NCBI RefSeq assembly: GCF_003334355.1
Contig: NZ_QOWP01000035.1
Origin: Escherichia coli
GTDB lineage: Bacteria > Pseudomonadota > Gammaproteobacteria > Enterobacterales > Enterobacteriaceae
Direction: 5' to 3' (one strand)
DNA length: 35,354 nt
The notes beneath the pieces were generated by a model. The model saw nothing but the letters and a program-made list of their open reading frames with translations. It was not told the origin of the DNA and did not search any database. Position 1 is the first letter of the stretch. Each line of letters begins with the position of its first letter. Positions 10,955 to 22,855 of the stretch are shown here, in pieces. The translations under genes were made by a program, and so were the position numbers.

Positions 10955-12298
10955 TTAACGGTAGCGTTTTATGGGGCTATTTTGATCCTGTTCAGCCAGC
11001 CAGGCGAGCTTTTCGCCAATCTTGCCTTCAAGGCCCCTGTTTGTCGGGAAATAATAGCGTGTTTGTGCTATTTCCGGCGGGAAGTAAACCTCACCGGCAG
11101 CATAAGCGTTTGCTTCATCATGAGCGTAACGATATTCCTGCCCATAGCCCATTTCCTTCATTAATTTCGTCGGCGCATCACGCAAATGAACCGGTACGTC
11201 ATAATCCGGGCGTTCGCGAGCATCGGCCAGCGCGGCTTTAAACGCAGTGTAGACAGCATTGCTTTTTGGCGCGCAGGCCAGGTAAACAATCGCCTGAGCA
11301 ATGGCGCGTTCACCTTCCGCCGGGCCAACGCGAGTAAAGCAATCCCAGGCCGCAATTGCCACCTGCATCGCCCGTGGATCGGCATTACCGACGTCTTCAG
11401 ACGCAATCGCCAGACAGCGACGCGCGACATATAACGGATCGCCACCAGCGGTAATAATTCGCGCATACCAGTACAGCGCCGCATCGGGTGCGCTACCACG
11501 TACCGACTTATGCAGTGCGGAAATCAGATCGTAAAAGCGATCGCCTTTGTTATCAAAGCGGGCGCTACGTTCACCGGCGATTTCGGTCAGTAATTCAGGC
11601 TTCAGGACCCGCTTACCGCTATCATCGACTTCGGCCATATCCGCCATCATTTCCAGCGTATTTAACGCCCGGCGCGCGTCGCCATTCACCAGTTCAGCAA
11701 TGGCGCGTCGTGTTTCATCTGGCAGAACAATATCCTGACCACCATAGCCACGGGTTTTGTCTTCCATCGCCTGAGTTAGTACTTGCTCAATATCCTCTGT
11801 ACTCAGGGATTTCAACAGATAGACACGGGCACGGGAAAGCAGTGCCGAATTAAGCTCAAACGACGGGTTTTCAGTGGTTGCGCCAATAAAAGTGATGGTG
11901 CCGTCTTCAATATGTGGCAGAAATGCATCCTGCTGGCTTTTGTTGAAACGGTGAACTTCGTCAACAAAAAGAATAGTGCGGCGACCTGCATTGCGGTTTT
12001 GCCGGGCGCGCTCGATCGCCTCGCGAATCTCTTTCACGCCAGAGGTGACGGCAGAAATACGTTCCACATCAGCGTTCGCATAGCGGGCAATCACTTCAGC
12101 GAGGGTTGTTTTGCCGGTACCCGGTGGCCCCCAGAGGATCATCGAATGCAAATGCCCGGCTTCGATAGCGCGCGGCAGCGGCTTCCCCGCAGCCAGCAAA
12201 TGTTGCTGGCCGATATACTGTGCTAAATTTTCTGGCCGCATACGCGCGGCCAGAGGTTGAAAAGTATTATCCGAAAAATCGAGCGACAGATTGCTCAC
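10955..12298 (-). CDS. rarA: Replication-associated recombination protein A (AAA+ ATPase), 447 aa
   Basis: ORF track; Walker [12 protein letters not shown]; start codon is GTG (plus-strand cac at 12296-12298); 10 bp downstream of the lolA stop. Confidence 0.9.
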   Translation of the reverse strand: MSNLSLDFSDNTFQPLAARMRPENLAQYIGQQHLLAAGKPLPRAIEAGHLHSMILWGPPGTGKTTLAEVIARYANADVERISAVTSGVKEIREAIERARQNRNAGRRTILFVDEVHRFNKSQQDAFLPHIEDGTITFIGATTENPSFELNSALLSRARVYLLKSLSTEDIEQVLTQAMEDKTRGYGGQDIVLPDETRRAIAELVNGDARRALNTLEMMADMAEVDDSGKRVLKPELLTEIAGERSARFDNKGDRFYDLISALHKSVRGSAPDAALYWYARIITAGGDPLYVARRCLAIASEDVGNADPRAMQVAIAAWDCFTRVGPAEGERAIAQAIVYLACAPKSNAVYTAFKAALADARERPDYDVPVHLRDAPTKLMKEMGYGQEYRYAHDEANAYAAGEVYFPPEIAQTRYYFPTNRGLEGKIGEKLAWLAEQDQNSPIKRYR

Positions 12299-12308
12299 TC
12301 AGGTGCCT

Positions 12309-12920
12309 CTACTTACGTTGATCATCTACCGTGACGCCTTGCGGCGGGGTGAAGGTAAATTTCGCTGCATCCACAGCCCCATTTTGCTGGGATTTCAGTT
12401 GATAACTGCTGCGCTGATCGTCCTGCTCCACCGCGCTAAACTGATGGATTGTGCCATCACGTCCCACGTTAATGGTGAACTGCTTCAGATTGCCATTGCT
12501 GGCTTTCGGCGTCAGGACAAAGTCATCGCCATTCTGTTTGATATTGTACTGCTGCCAGTCGCTGGACTGGTTGCGGGCAATCAGCATAAACGGCGTATTA
12601 CCGGTGGCATCTTTCAGCCAGGTTGCCGTAGCTTGCTCAACGAACGGGTTATAGAACCACAGTGTTTTACCGTCAGAAACCAGAATGCTTTCATCAGGTT
12701 GTGTCATATGCCAGTTGAATAAGTTTGGACGTTTCACCCACAGATCGCCCTGACCTTCCTGCACCGCCGCGCCGCTACCATCAGTCACTTTTTGTGTGAA
12801 GCTGGCGTGGAAGCTGCTGACTTTATCCAGGCGGCTTTTCAGATCGCTTGCGGCATCAGCCCAAACGCTGCTTGCTACTAAGCTTGAGAGTAATGCACAG
12901 GTGATGGCAATTTTTTTCAT
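12309..12920 (-). CDS. lolA: Outer-membrane lipoprotein carrier protein, 203 aa
   Basis: ORF track 12309..12923 trimmed to the second ATG (12920), which has better SD spacing; signal peptide [21 protein letters not shown]. Confidence 0.9.
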
Positions 12921-12941
12921 CATTATTCCTCAAATTACGTC

Positions 12942-12957
12942 ACTCCCGATCGGGAGT
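12942..12957. promoter_or_regulatory. Perfect 16-bp palindrome ACTCCCGATCGGGAGT upstream of lolA
   Basis: Perfectly self-complementary 16-mer with a central GATC, 22 bp upstream of the lolA start, immediately 5' of the SD; candidate operator or 5'-UTR hairpin. Confidence 0.35.
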
Positions 12958-13031
12958 TCCCTCTACTCTCTATTCCAGGCTAATAATCAGCTTGAGGAAA
13001 GAAGAAAATACTGAATTTTCAGTTGATAGAG

Positions 13032-13066
13032 TGCCGGATGCGACGCTACCGCGCCTTATCCGGCAA
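13032..13066. repeat. REP (repetitive extragenic palindromic) element
   Basis: tgccggatgcgacgctaccgcgccttatccggcaat matches the E. coli REP consensus (GCCGGATGCG...CGCCTTATCCGGC); between the ftsK stop and lolA promoter. Confidence 0.7.
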
Positions 13067-13074
13067 TGCATTAA

Positions 13075-16000
13075 TTAGTCAAACGGCGGTGGGGCCAGCA
13101 CTTCACGATTACCGTTGTGCCCCTGTTCGCTGACAATCCCCTGCGCTTCCATCTGTTCGATAATACGCGCTGCACGGTTATAACCAATGCGGAACTGACG
13201 CTGTACGCCAGAAATTGACGCTTTGCGTTTTTCAGTGACAAACTGCACCGCCTGATCGAACAACGGATCCAGTTCTTCAGCGCCATCGAAACCACCCGCA
13301 CCACCTTCGCTTTCGCTGTCGGAGGTGATGCCATCAACATACTGTGGGCGACCACGCGCTTTCCAGTCCTGCACCACGGCATGAACTTCCTGATCGCGAA
13401 CAAAAGCACCATGGACACGTACCGGCAACGTGGAGTTCGGCCCAGAGTAGAGCATATCCCCCATACCCAGCAGTGATTCCGCGCCAGCCTGATCAAGAAT
13501 GGTACGTGAGTCAATCTTACTGGATACGGTAAAGGCGATACGGGTCGGAATATTCGCTTTAATCAGACCAGTAATAACATCAACCGATGGACGCTGAGTT
13601 GCCAGTACGAGGTGGATACCCGCGGCACGGGCTTTTTGCGCCAGACGTGCTATCAGCTCTTCCACTTTTTTACCTACCGTCATCATCAGGTCGGCAAATT
13701 CGTCAACCAACACCACAATGTATGGTTCTTTTTTCAGCACCGGATGCTGGGCATCCATACTGTCACCCGGCTTCCAGTACGGGTCTGGAATCGGACGCAT
13801 CATGCGATCGGCTTCAGCAATTTTTTCGTTATAACCCGCCAGATTACGCACACCCAGCGCAGACATCAGTTTATACCGACGCTCCATCTCGTTAACACAC
13901 CAGCGCAGCGCGTTGGCGGCATCTTTCATATCAGTAACGACTTCCGTTAACAGGTGCGGAATGCCTTCATACACCGAAAGCTCCAGCATTTTCGGGTCGA
14001 TCATGATGAAACGCACATCTTCTGGCTGTGCTTTATAAAGCATGCTCAGGATCATCGCGTTCACACCGACAGATTTACCGGAACCGGTAGTCCCCGCAAC
14101 CAACAAGTGCGGCATTTTCGCCAGATCGGCAACCACCGGCTCACCGGCGATATCTTTACCCAGCACCACGGTTAATGGCGACGGATTATCGCGGAATTTG
14201 GCGTTATCCAAAACTTCGCGCAGATAAACGGTTTGTCGTTTTTTATTTGGTAACTCCAGACCTACATAGGGTTTGCCAGGAATAACTTCAACGACACGCA
14301 CCGCCACCGTCGAAAGTGAACGGGCAAGGTCCCGTGACAAGTTAGAAATGCGCGCCGCTTTTACGCCAGGAGCCAGGTTAAGTTCAAAGCGAGTGATAAC
14401 CGGCCCCGGAGAGTAATTGACGACATCGGCTTTAATACGGAAATCAGCCAGACGCGCTTCCACCAGACGAGCCATTTGTTCAAGCGCAAAGGTATCTACC
14501 GGCTCCACTTCGCTCGGCGGCGGTGTCAGCAAATCCAGAGAAGGCAGCGGCGTCGTCGGTTTATGCAACGGACGGCTGTCGCCATTACGCATCAACAGCG
14601 GATGAAGCAGGGTATCCTGCGGTTGTGGCGCAACTGGCTGTTGTGGCTGCTGATACTGCTGCTGCGGCGCAACCGGTTGTTGCGGCTGCTGATATTGCTG
14701 CTGTGGCGCAACCGGTTGTTGCGGCTGCTGATATTGTGGCTGCGGCGCAACCGGCTGTTGTGGCTGCTGATACTGCGGCTGCGGCGGAACTGGTTGTTGC
14801 GGCTGCTGATATTGCTGCTGCGGTGCAACCGGTTGTTGCGGCTGCTGTACAGGTTCAACAATTGGCGTAAACAACGGTTCGTGTGGACCATCATCCAGCA
14901 ACGCTTTCATTGGCGAAAATTCAAAATCATCCAGCGAGAACGGATTCGCCCCAGCCGGTTGTTCGCCGGAATAACGTTGTTGTTGAGTTTGCGCAAACTG
15001 ACGAGCCAGTTCAGCCTCTGCCGCAGCATCTGCATCTTCTGCGTTTACGGGCACATCATGTTGATACTGTTCGCCATAGCGTTGCTGCTGTGTCTGGGCG
15101 AACTGACGTGCCAGTTCATCCTGCTGCATCGCATCGATTTCATCATCGTTGTACTGATCGCCAGAATCGTACTGATTGCGCTGGGCTTCACGGGCTTTTT
15201 CTTCCGCCGCACGCTGTGAGGGCAGCTTAATACCGTAAGACGCCAGTTCACGACGAGTTGGCACGCGGATACGTTTCGGTCGTGGCAACTGCGGACCAAT
15301 CCCCTCTTTGACCTGAGGACGCGGTCCACCGCTATTTGCCAGACTGAAGACTGGCGCGGCAACGGTTGCGGCAGCCCCCGTCGCCAGTGTCGCTTTTTTC
15401 ACGCCAGATGCCAGCGGGGAAACAGCGGCAGCGGCTTCTACTGGAGGTACTGCTGCAACAGAAGGTGCTTTCAGCGAAGATTTGATCGGTTCTGGTTCTT
15501 TAACCGGTTCTGGAATCGGTTGATACCAGGCCGCAAGTTGTTCACGTTCACGGGCTCGCTTCTCTTCAACTTCTTCAAAGTAGTAAAGCGGCGGACGCGC
15601 GGGTTTTGTCTCTTCTACAACGGGTTCAGGCTCCACAACAGGCTGCTGTTCAACGGGTTGCGGCTGTTGGTACAACGGCTCCTGAGCGGCTGGCTGCTGA
15701 TAAGTTTGCTCAGTCTGGTATGTAGACTGTGGAGCAAAAGTGGATTGCTGCTCTTCGGCTTGCCAGGCGTTACCTGCCACCGGTTGTTCTGGCGCAGGGG
15801 CATAATACGGCTGTTGCGCAGGTTGTTCAGCTGCAGGTGCATAATACGGCTGCTGCGGCTGTACTGGTTGTTGCAGCGGCTCATTATATTGCACTGCAGG
15901 CTGCGCATATTGTGACTGCTGTGGGTAACCTTCCGGTGCAGGAGCAATAACCGGCTCTCCCGTTTGTGGACCCGGTACAGGCTGCCAGGCTACTGTAGGT

Positions 16001-17064
16001 TGCGCAGGTGGAACATCAACAGAGGCAACAGGCGGCGTCTGAGTCACAGGTTCAACCGGCGCAGCCCAGCTTTGTGTCGCCGTGGTAGCAGCAGCTGCTA
16101 CAGCGACAGGTTCGGTAATTGGCGCACCGTTTAATAATGGATCGTATTCGTCATATTCTGGCTGCGTTGCACGATTGCCCGAAAATAGGACGTCGTCCGG
16201 GTCGGCAGCCACACCGCGTGCAGTGTAGGTAATCTCTTCGTCATCATCCATCCGCTTACCGGAGAACAACGCAGCGTCTGTTTGCCGCCCCATCGGATTA
16301 ATGAATTTTTCCGCCAACCGTTTACGACGCGCTAGCGCGCCGCGAAGAATACGGGCACGGCGTGATTCATGCTGTTTGCCGTGATTTTCATCTTCATACT
16401 CTTCGTCGTCTTCATACTCATCTTCATCGACCCAGGTATCATCGCGACGGGTACGATTACTGGCGAAGGTGAGAATGTTTAAAATCCAGCCGCCGAGTTT
16501 TTCAGCAATGGTCACCCATGACCAACCGGTGAACAACGTCAGGCCCGCTGCCCAAACGCAGAGCAGCGCAATAGTTCCCCCGCTACTGTGTAGCAGTGGT
16601 TGTAGCGTAGTGCTTAGTAAGCTGCCAATGACGCCACCGGAGGCAAAATACCAGATATCGTCAGCGTTGATTGCCGCCAGACCACAGGAGGTAAGGATGA
16701 GCGCCAAAACGCCAATGATGCGTAGCGAAACGGCAAAATAATCAATGTATTCGTCGCTGGACTGATGACGCCAGGCAAACCAACAACCGCCGACAATAAT
16801 GACGGGAATGGTGTAAGCCATCACGCCAAAAATAAAGAACAGCGTATCTGCCAACCACGCACCGGGCATCCCACCTAAATTATGGATAGGTTCATGCCAG
16901 GCCGTTTGCGACCAGCTGGGGTCCGAAGGGTTAAAGCTTAGTAAGGCAGCCATCAACCAGACGGCAAACAGGACAATAAGGATCAGCAACGCCTCCAGAA
17001 GGCGGCGGCCGCTACTTAACTTTGTCAATGTGACTTCTTTGTCTTCAGTGTATTCCTGGCTCAA
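13075..17064 (-). CDS. ftsK: DNA translocase FtsK, 1329 aa
   Basis: ORF track; N-terminal membrane domain, long Pro/Gln-rich linker, C-terminal motor with Walker A GTTGSGKS; start codon TTG (plus caa at 17062-17064) with GGAGA SD. Confidence 0.95.
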   Translation of the reverse strand: MSQEYTEDKEVTLTKLSSGRRLLEALLILIVLFAVWLMAALLSFNPSDPSWSQTAWHEPIHNLGGMPGAWLADTLFFIFGVMAYTIPVIIVGGCWFAWRHQSSDEYIDYFAVSLRIIGVLALILTSCGLAAINADDIWYFASGGVIGSLLSTTLQPLLHSSGGTIALLCVWAAGLTLFTGWSWVTIAEKLGGWILNILTFASNRTRRDDTWVDEDEYEDDEEYEDENHGKQHESRRARILRGALARRKRLAEKFINPMGRQTDAALFSGKRMDDDEEITYTARGVAADPDDVLFSGNRATQPEYDEYDPLLNGAPITEPVAVAAAATTATQSWAAPVEPVTQTPPVASVDVPPAQPTVAWQPVPGPQTGEPVIAPAPEGYPQQSQYAQPAVQYNEPLQQPVQPQQPYYAPAAEQPAQQPYYAPAPEQPVAGNAWQAEEQQSTFAPQSTYQTEQTYQQPAAQEPLYQQPQPVEQQPVVEPEPVVEETKPARPPLYYFEEVEEKRAREREQLAAWYQPIPEPVKEPEPIKSSLKAPSVAAVPPVEAAAAVSPLASGVKKATLATGAAATVAAPVFSLANSGGPRPQVKEGIGPQLPRPKRIRVPTRRELASYGIKLPSQRAAEEKAREAQRNQYDSGDQYNDDEIDAMQQDELARQFAQTQQQRYGEQYQHDVPVNAEDADAAAEAELARQFAQTQQQRYSGEQPAGANPFSLDDFEFSPMKALLDDGPHEPLFTPIVEPVQQPQQPVAPQQQYQQPQQPVPPQPQYQQPQQPVAPQPQYQQPQQPVAPQQQYQQPQQPVAPQQQYQQPQQPVAPQPQDTLLHPLLMRNGDSRPLHKPTTPLPSLDLLTPPPSEVEPVDTFALEQMARLVEARLADFRIKADVVNYSPGPVITRFELNLAPGVKAARISNLSRDLARSLSTVAVRVVEVIPGKPYVGLELPNKKRQTVYLREVLDNAKFRDNPSPLTVVLGKDIAGEPVVADLAKMPHLLVAGTTGSGKSVGVNAMILSMLYKAQPEDVRFIMIDPKMLELSVYEGIPHLLTEVVTDMKDAANALRWCVNEMERRYKLMSALGVRNLAGYNEKIAEADRMMRPIPDPYWKPGDSMDAQHPVLKKEPYIVVLVDEFADLMMTVGKKVEELIARLAQKARAAGIHLVLATQRPSVDVITGLIKANIPTRIAFTVSSKIDSRTILDQAGAESLLGMGDMLYSGPNSTLPVRVHGAFVRDQEVHAVVQDWKARGRPQYVDGITSDSESEGGAGGFDGAEELDPLFDQAVQFVTEKRKASISGVQRQFRIGYNRAARIIEQMEAQGIVSEQGHNGNREVLAPPPFD
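14617..14847 (-). repeat. In-frame 39-bp tandem repeat (about 5.5 copies) in the ftsK linker
   Basis: Plus-strand unit ggcgcaaccggttgttgcggctgctgatattgctgctgt repeats with few substitutions (copies starting 14627, 14666, 14705, 14744, 14783); encodes [10 protein letters not shown](P/Q)QY on the minus strand. Confidence 0.9.
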
Positions 17065-17140
17065 GAAAGGCTCTCCAGGTTACAGGCTTTTCCTGCCCGA
17101 TGCTAAAACGGACAACAGTACCAGGTTACCCCAGTACTGT

Positions 17141-17160
17141 TGCTGTATGGATTAACAGGA
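17141..17160 (-). promoter_or_regulatory. LexA (SOS) box of the ftsK dinH promoter
   Basis: Plus strand tgCTGTatggattaACAGga = CTGT-N8-ACAG; minus strand reads TCCTGTTAATCCATACAGCA; about 80 bp upstream of the ftsK start in the lrp-ftsK intergenic region. Confidence 0.75.
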
Positions 17161-17198
17161 GTGTAATCAAAATACGCCGATTTTGCACCTGTTCCGTG

Positions 17199-17693
17199 TT
17201 AGCGCGTCTTAATAACCAGACGATTACTCTGCTTGACTTCTTCCATAACAACGTATGTCCGTGTGTCATTGACGCCAGGCAGACGCAGCAGGGTTTCCCC
17301 CAGCAACTTACGGTAGGCTGACATATCCGGCACGCGTGTTTTCAACAGGTAGTCGAAATCACCGGATACTAAATGACACTCCTGAATTTCTTCAAGTTTT
17401 TGTACAGCGGTATTGAATTGTTCAAACACATCCGGTGCGCCACGATTCAGAGTAATCTCAACGAATACCAGAAGTGATGCATCCAGATAATGGGGGTTAA
17501 GCAGCGCCGTATAGCCCTGAATAAACCCTTGTCTTTCCAGCCGACGCACACGCTCAAGGCACGGCGTTGGGGAAAGTCCCACACGTTTAGAAAGCTCGAC
17601 GTTAGAAATACGCCCATCCTTTTGCAACTCATTAAGAATGTTACGATCGATACGGTCGAGATCTTTGCCAGGGCGCTTCTTGCTATCTACCAT
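17199..17693 (-). CDS. lrp: Leucine-responsive regulatory protein, 164 aa
   Basis: ORF track 17199..17747 trimmed to ATG at 17693 (MVDSKKRPGKDLDRIDRNIL); AsnC/Lrp HTH and RAM domain. Confidence 0.95.
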   Translation of the reverse strand: MVDSKKRPGKDLDRIDRNILNELQKDGRISNVELSKRVGLSPTPCLERVRRLERQGFIQGYTALLNPHYLDASLLVFVEITLNRGAPDVFEQFNTAVQKLEEIQECHLVSGDFDYLLKTRVPDMSAYRKLLGETLLRLPGVNDTRTYVVMEEVKQSNRLVIKTR

Positions 17694-18120
17694 TATTATT
17701 GTCTCTCTGTATTCCTTCCCTACTCCTGTCTGACCCTGAAACATCACTGTTCAGAGTCGCTACCCGTCACGATAGACCGAAATCATGAAGATTCACGGCG
17801 CGCAATGCCTGGGTCTACGGTGAGAAGACCGTTGCCTTGTGGCAGCTATCGACATCACGAATGGCGTCTGTCCACGCCATACGTAGATTTCACTAGCACG
17901 GTAAACATGGTATTTACATGCATGGTTATGCGCATATAAGAATACTGTTTTTTTTCTTCCTCGAATGTTTTCGCAAAACACCAGGGGATTGTCAAAGCAA
18001 AACATCGATTTTTAGTACAACATGCCAGATATTCATTAACAGGGGCGTTTATTCATCATTTAATCGGCTTATAAAGCGGGAAATTTAAGTAGCAGAGGTG
18101 ATAATGACGGGAGAATTTGA

Positions 18121-19203
<1,083 letters not shown>

Positions 19204-19230
19204 TTTTACAAATCAGTAACAAAAGTAAAG

Positions 19231-19269
19231 AAGGCGACACCATGCGACTATGGGTCGCCTTTATTTTTT
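19231..19269 (+). terminator. Rho-independent terminator downstream of trxB
   Basis: aaggcgac ... gtcgcctt 8-bp stem followed by tttatttttt, 28 bp after the trxB stop. Confidence 0.75.
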
Positions 19270-19325
19270 CCCCGTTGTAACATTGCTCTGCAAATAATTC
19301 TGATAACTCACCTGCTAAGCGTGCA

Positions 19326-21092
19326 ATGAATAAATCTCGTCAAAAAGAGTTAACCCGCTGGTTAAAACAGCAAAGCGTCATCTCCCAACGTTGGCTGAAT
19401 ATTTCTCGTCTGCTGGGCTTTGTGAGCGGCATATTGATCATTGCCCAGGCCTGGTTCATGGCGCGAATTCTGCAACATATGATTATGGAGAATATTCCCC
19501 GTGAAGCCCTGCTGCTTCCCTTTACGTTACTGGTTCTGACCTTTGTACTGCGCGCATGGGTGGTCTGGTTACGCGAACGGGTGGGTTATCACGCCGGGCA
19601 GCATATCCGCTTTGCCATCCGCCGTCAGGTTCTCGACCGTCTGCAACAAGCAGGGCCAGCGTGGATTCAGGGTAAACCTGCGGGGAGCTGGGCGACGCTG
19701 GTACTCGAGCAAATTGACGATATGCATGATTACTATGCACGCTATCTGCCGCAAATGGCGCTGGCAGTGTCGGTGCCATTGCTGATTGTGGTGGCGATCT
19801 TCCCCTCTAACTGGGCTGCGGCGCTCATTCTGCTGGGCACAGCACCGCTAATTCCGTTGTTTATGGCGCTGGTTGGAATGGGGGCTGCCGATGCTAACCG
19901 ACGTAACTTTCTCGCTCTTGCTCGCTTAAGTGGGCATTTCCTCGATCGCCTGCGCGGCATGGAAACATTGCGTATTTTTGGTCGTGGTGAAGCTGAAATT
20001 GAAAGTATTCGTTCTGCTTCGGAAGATTTCCGCCAACGGACAATGGAAGTGCTACGACTGGCGTTTTTATCCTCCGGCATTCTCGAATTTTTTACCTCGC
20101 TGTCAATTGCTCTGGTGGCGGTCTACTTTGGTTTTTCCTATCTCGGCGAGCTGGATTTTGGTCACTACGATACTGGCGTGACGCTGGCTGCGGGTTTTCT
20201 GGCCCTGATCCTTGCGCCAGAGTTTTTCCAGCCATTACGCGATCTCGGTACGTTTTATCATGCTAAAGCCCAGGCTGTTGGTGCAGCTGACAGTCTGAAA
20301 ACGTTTATGGAAACCCCGCTCGCCCATCCGCAGCGCGGTGAGGCGGAATTAGCATTGACCGATCCGCTGACCATTGAGGCCGAGGATCTGTTTATCACGT
20401 CGCCGGAAGGTAAAACGCTGGCCGGACCGCTGAACTTTACTTTGCCAGCAGGCCAACGTGCAGTGTTGGTTGGTCGCAGCGGTTCAGGTAAAAGCTCACT
20501 GCTGAACGCGCTTTCTGGTTTTCTCTCATATCAGGGATCATTACGAATCAACGGGATAGAATTACGCGATTTATCACCAGAATCATGGCGTAAACATCTC
20601 TCCTGGGTTGGGCAAAACCCACAATTACCGGCAGCAACATTACGGGATAACGTACTACTGGCGCGACCTGATGCCAGCGAACAAGAATTACAAGCAGCGC
20701 TGGATAACGCCTGGGTCAGCGAGTTTCTACCGCTCCTGCCACAAGGCGTTGATACGCCTGTTGGCGACCAGGCTGCCCGCCTTTCCGTGGGGCAGGCGCA
20801 GCGCGTGGCGGTGGCCCGTGCGTTACTAAATCCCTGTTCGCTATTACTGTTGGATGAACCCGCTGCCAGCCTTGATGTTCACAGTGAACAGCGCGTAATG
20901 GAGGCGCTGAATGCCGCCTCTCTGCGCCAGACAACGTTAATGGTCACCCACCAGTTAGAAGATCTTGCTGACTGGGATGTCATTTGGGTTATGCAGGATG
21001 GCCGGATTATTGAGCAAGGACGTTACGCGGAATTAAGTGTGGCTGGTGGCCCATTCGCCACATTACTGGCCCATCGTCAGGAGGAGATTTAA
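19326..21092 (+). CDS. cydD: ABC exporter subunit (cysteine/glutathione export, cytochrome bd assembly), 588 aa
   Basis: ORF track; N-terminal TMD plus C-terminal ABC ATPase (Walker A GRSGSGKSSL, signature LSVGQAQR); stop abuts the cydC ATG. Confidence 0.95.
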   Translation: MNKSRQKELTRWLKQQSVISQRWLNISRLLGFVSGILIIAQAWFMARILQHMIMENIPREALLLPFTLLVLTFVLRAWVVWLRERVGYHAGQHIRFAIRRQVLDRLQQAGPAWIQGKPAGSWATLVLEQIDDMHDYYARYLPQMALAVSVPLLIVVAIFPSNWAAALILLGTAPLIPLFMALVGMGAADANRRNFLALARLSGHFLDRLRGMETLRIFGRGEAEIESIRSASEDFRQRTMEVLRLAFLSSGILEFFTSLSIALVAVYFGFSYLGELDFGHYDTGVTLAAGFLALILAPEFFQPLRDLGTFYHAKAQAVGAADSLKTFMETPLAHPQRGEAELALTDPLTIEAEDLFITSPEGKTLAGPLNFTLPAGQRAVLVGRSGSGKSSLLNALSGFLSYQGSLRINGIELRDLSPESWRKHLSWVGQNPQLPAATLRDNVLLARPDASEQELQAALDNAWVSEFLPLLPQGVDTPVGDQAARLSVGQAQRVAVARALLNPCSLLLLDEPAASLDVHSEQRVMEALNAASLRQTTLMVTHQLEDLADWDVIWVMQDGRIIEQGRYAELSVAGGPFATLLAHRQEEI

Positions 21093-22814
21093 ATGCGCGC
21101 TTTGCTACCCTATCTGGCACTGTATAAACGTCATAAATGGATGTTAAGTCTTGGTATTGTGCTGGCAATTGTGACGCTGCTCGCCAGTATCGGTCTGTTG
21201 ACACTTTCCGGCTGGTTCCTCTCGGCCTCAGCGGTTGCGGGGATTGCCGGACTGTACAGCTTCAACTATATGCTACCCGCTGCGGGCGTGCGTGGCGCAG
21301 CAATCACCCGTACTGCCGGGCGCTATTTTGAACGTCTGGTAAGTCACGACGCGACTTTCCGCGTGTTGCAGCATCTGCGCATTTACACCTTCAGCAAATT
21401 GCTGCCCCTCTCCCCTGCCGGACTGGCGCGCTATCGTCAGGGCGAATTGCTCAATCGCGTGGTGGCGGATGTTGATACGCTCGATCATCTTTACCTGCGC
21501 GTTATCTCGCCGCTGGTGGGCGCTTTTGTGGTGATTATGGTGGTGACAATCGGGTTAAGTTTCCTTGATTTCACCCTCGCCTTTACGCTGGGCGGCATTA
21601 TGTTACTGACGCTTTTCCTGATGCCACCGCTGTTTTATCGTGCGGGAAAAAGCACCGGGCAAAATCTGACTCATCTTCGCGGACAGTATCGCCAACAACT
21701 GACGGCCTGGCTGCAAGGGCAAGCTGAGCTGACCATTTTTGGTGCCAGCGATCGTTATCGCACGCAACTAGAGAATACAGAAATTCAATGGCTGGAAGCG
21801 CAACGCCGTCAATCTGAACTGACCGCATTGTCGCAAGCGATAATGCTGCTCATTGGCGCGTTAGCGGTGATCCTGATGCTGTGGATGGCGTCTGGCGGCG
21901 TTGGCGGCAATGCTCAACCCGGCGCGTTAATTGCCCTGTTTGTCTTCTGCGCGTTAGCCGCGTTTGAAGCACTGGCACCAGTAACGGGTGCATTTCAGCA
22001 TCTGGGGCAAGTCATTGCCTCTGCCGTTCGGATCACTGATTTAACGGATCAAAAACCGGAAGTCACCTTCCCTGATACCCAAACTCGTGTTGCCGATCGC
22101 GTTTCGCTGACATTACGGGATGTTCAGTTCACTTATCCGGAGCAATCCCAACAGGCACTTAAAGGGATTTCTCTTCAGGTAAACGCCGGGGAACATATTG
22201 CGATTCTCGGGCGAACCGGATGCGGCAAATCAACACTGTTACAACTGCTGACCCGCGCTTGGGACCCGCAACAGGGCGAGATTTTGCTTAACGATAGCCC
22301 CATAGCCAGCCTGAATGAAGCGGCTCTACGACAGACCATCAGCGTTGTTCCTCAGCGAGTGCATCTGTTTAGCGCCACGCTGCGTGATAATCTGTTACTC
22401 GCCTCGCCTGGCAGTAGTGATGAGGCTCTGTCGGAGATCTTGCGTCGCGTTGGTCTGGAGAAGCTGCTCGAGGATGCAGGTCTCAACAGTTGGTTAGGTG
22501 AAGGCGGACGCCAGCTCTCCGGTGGTGAACTGCGCCGTCTGGCTATCGCCCGTGCGCTGTTACATGATGCGCCACTGGTGTTGCTGGATGAACCTACCGA
22601 AGGCTTAGATGCCACAACCGAAAGCCAGATCCTTGAATTGCTTGCAGAAATGATGCGTGAGAAAACGGTGTTAATGGTCACCCATCGACTTCGCGGACTC
22701 TCTCGTTTCCAACAAATAATAGTGATGGACAACGGGCAAATTATTGAGCAAGGTACTCACGCAGAACTGCTTGCCAGACAGGGGCGTTATTACCAGTTCA
22801 AGCAGGGTTTGTAA
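21093..22814 (+). CDS. cydC: ABC exporter subunit, partner of CydD, 573 aa
   Basis: ORF track; TMD plus ABC ATPase (Walker A GRTGCGKSTL, signature LSGGELRR); ATG immediately follows the cydD TAA. Confidence 0.95.
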   Translation: MRALLPYLALYKRHKWMLSLGIVLAIVTLLASIGLLTLSGWFLSASAVAGIAGLYSFNYMLPAAGVRGAAITRTAGRYFERLVSHDATFRVLQHLRIYTFSKLLPLSPAGLARYRQGELLNRVVADVDTLDHLYLRVISPLVGAFVVIMVVTIGLSFLDFTLAFTLGGIMLLTLFLMPPLFYRAGKSTGQNLTHLRGQYRQQLTAWLQGQAELTIFGASDRYRTQLENTEIQWLEAQRRQSELTALSQAIMLLIGALAVILMLWMASGGVGGNAQPGALIALFVFCALAAFEALAPVTGAFQHLGQVIASAVRITDLTDQKPEVTFPDTQTRVADRVSLTLRDVQFTYPEQSQQALKGISLQVNAGEHIAILGRTGCGKSTLLQLLTRAWDPQQGEILLNDSPIASLNEAALRQTISVVPQRVHLFSATLRDNLLLASPGSSDEALSEILRRVGLEKLLEDAGLNSWLGEGGRQLSGGELRRLAIARALLHDAPLVLLDEPTEGLDATTESQILELLAEMMREKTVLMVTHRLRGLSRFQQIIVMDNGQIIEQGTHAELLARQGRYYQFKQGL

Positions 22815-22855
22815 GCTATTATTGAACGATCCGACTTGCGTGGAGTTTTGCGGTC

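Noticed and set aside
17165-17198. Possible lrp terminator (caaaat-cggcgt-attttg) just downstream of the lrp stop
   Set aside because: Stem is all A-U and short; not convincing as an intrinsic terminator, and read-through into ftsK is plausible.
17793-18005. 70-aa minus-strand ORF in the lrp-trxB intergenic region
   Set aside because: Lies in the long AT-rich lrp leader/promoter region, has no convincing SD and an implausible composition; most likely non-coding.
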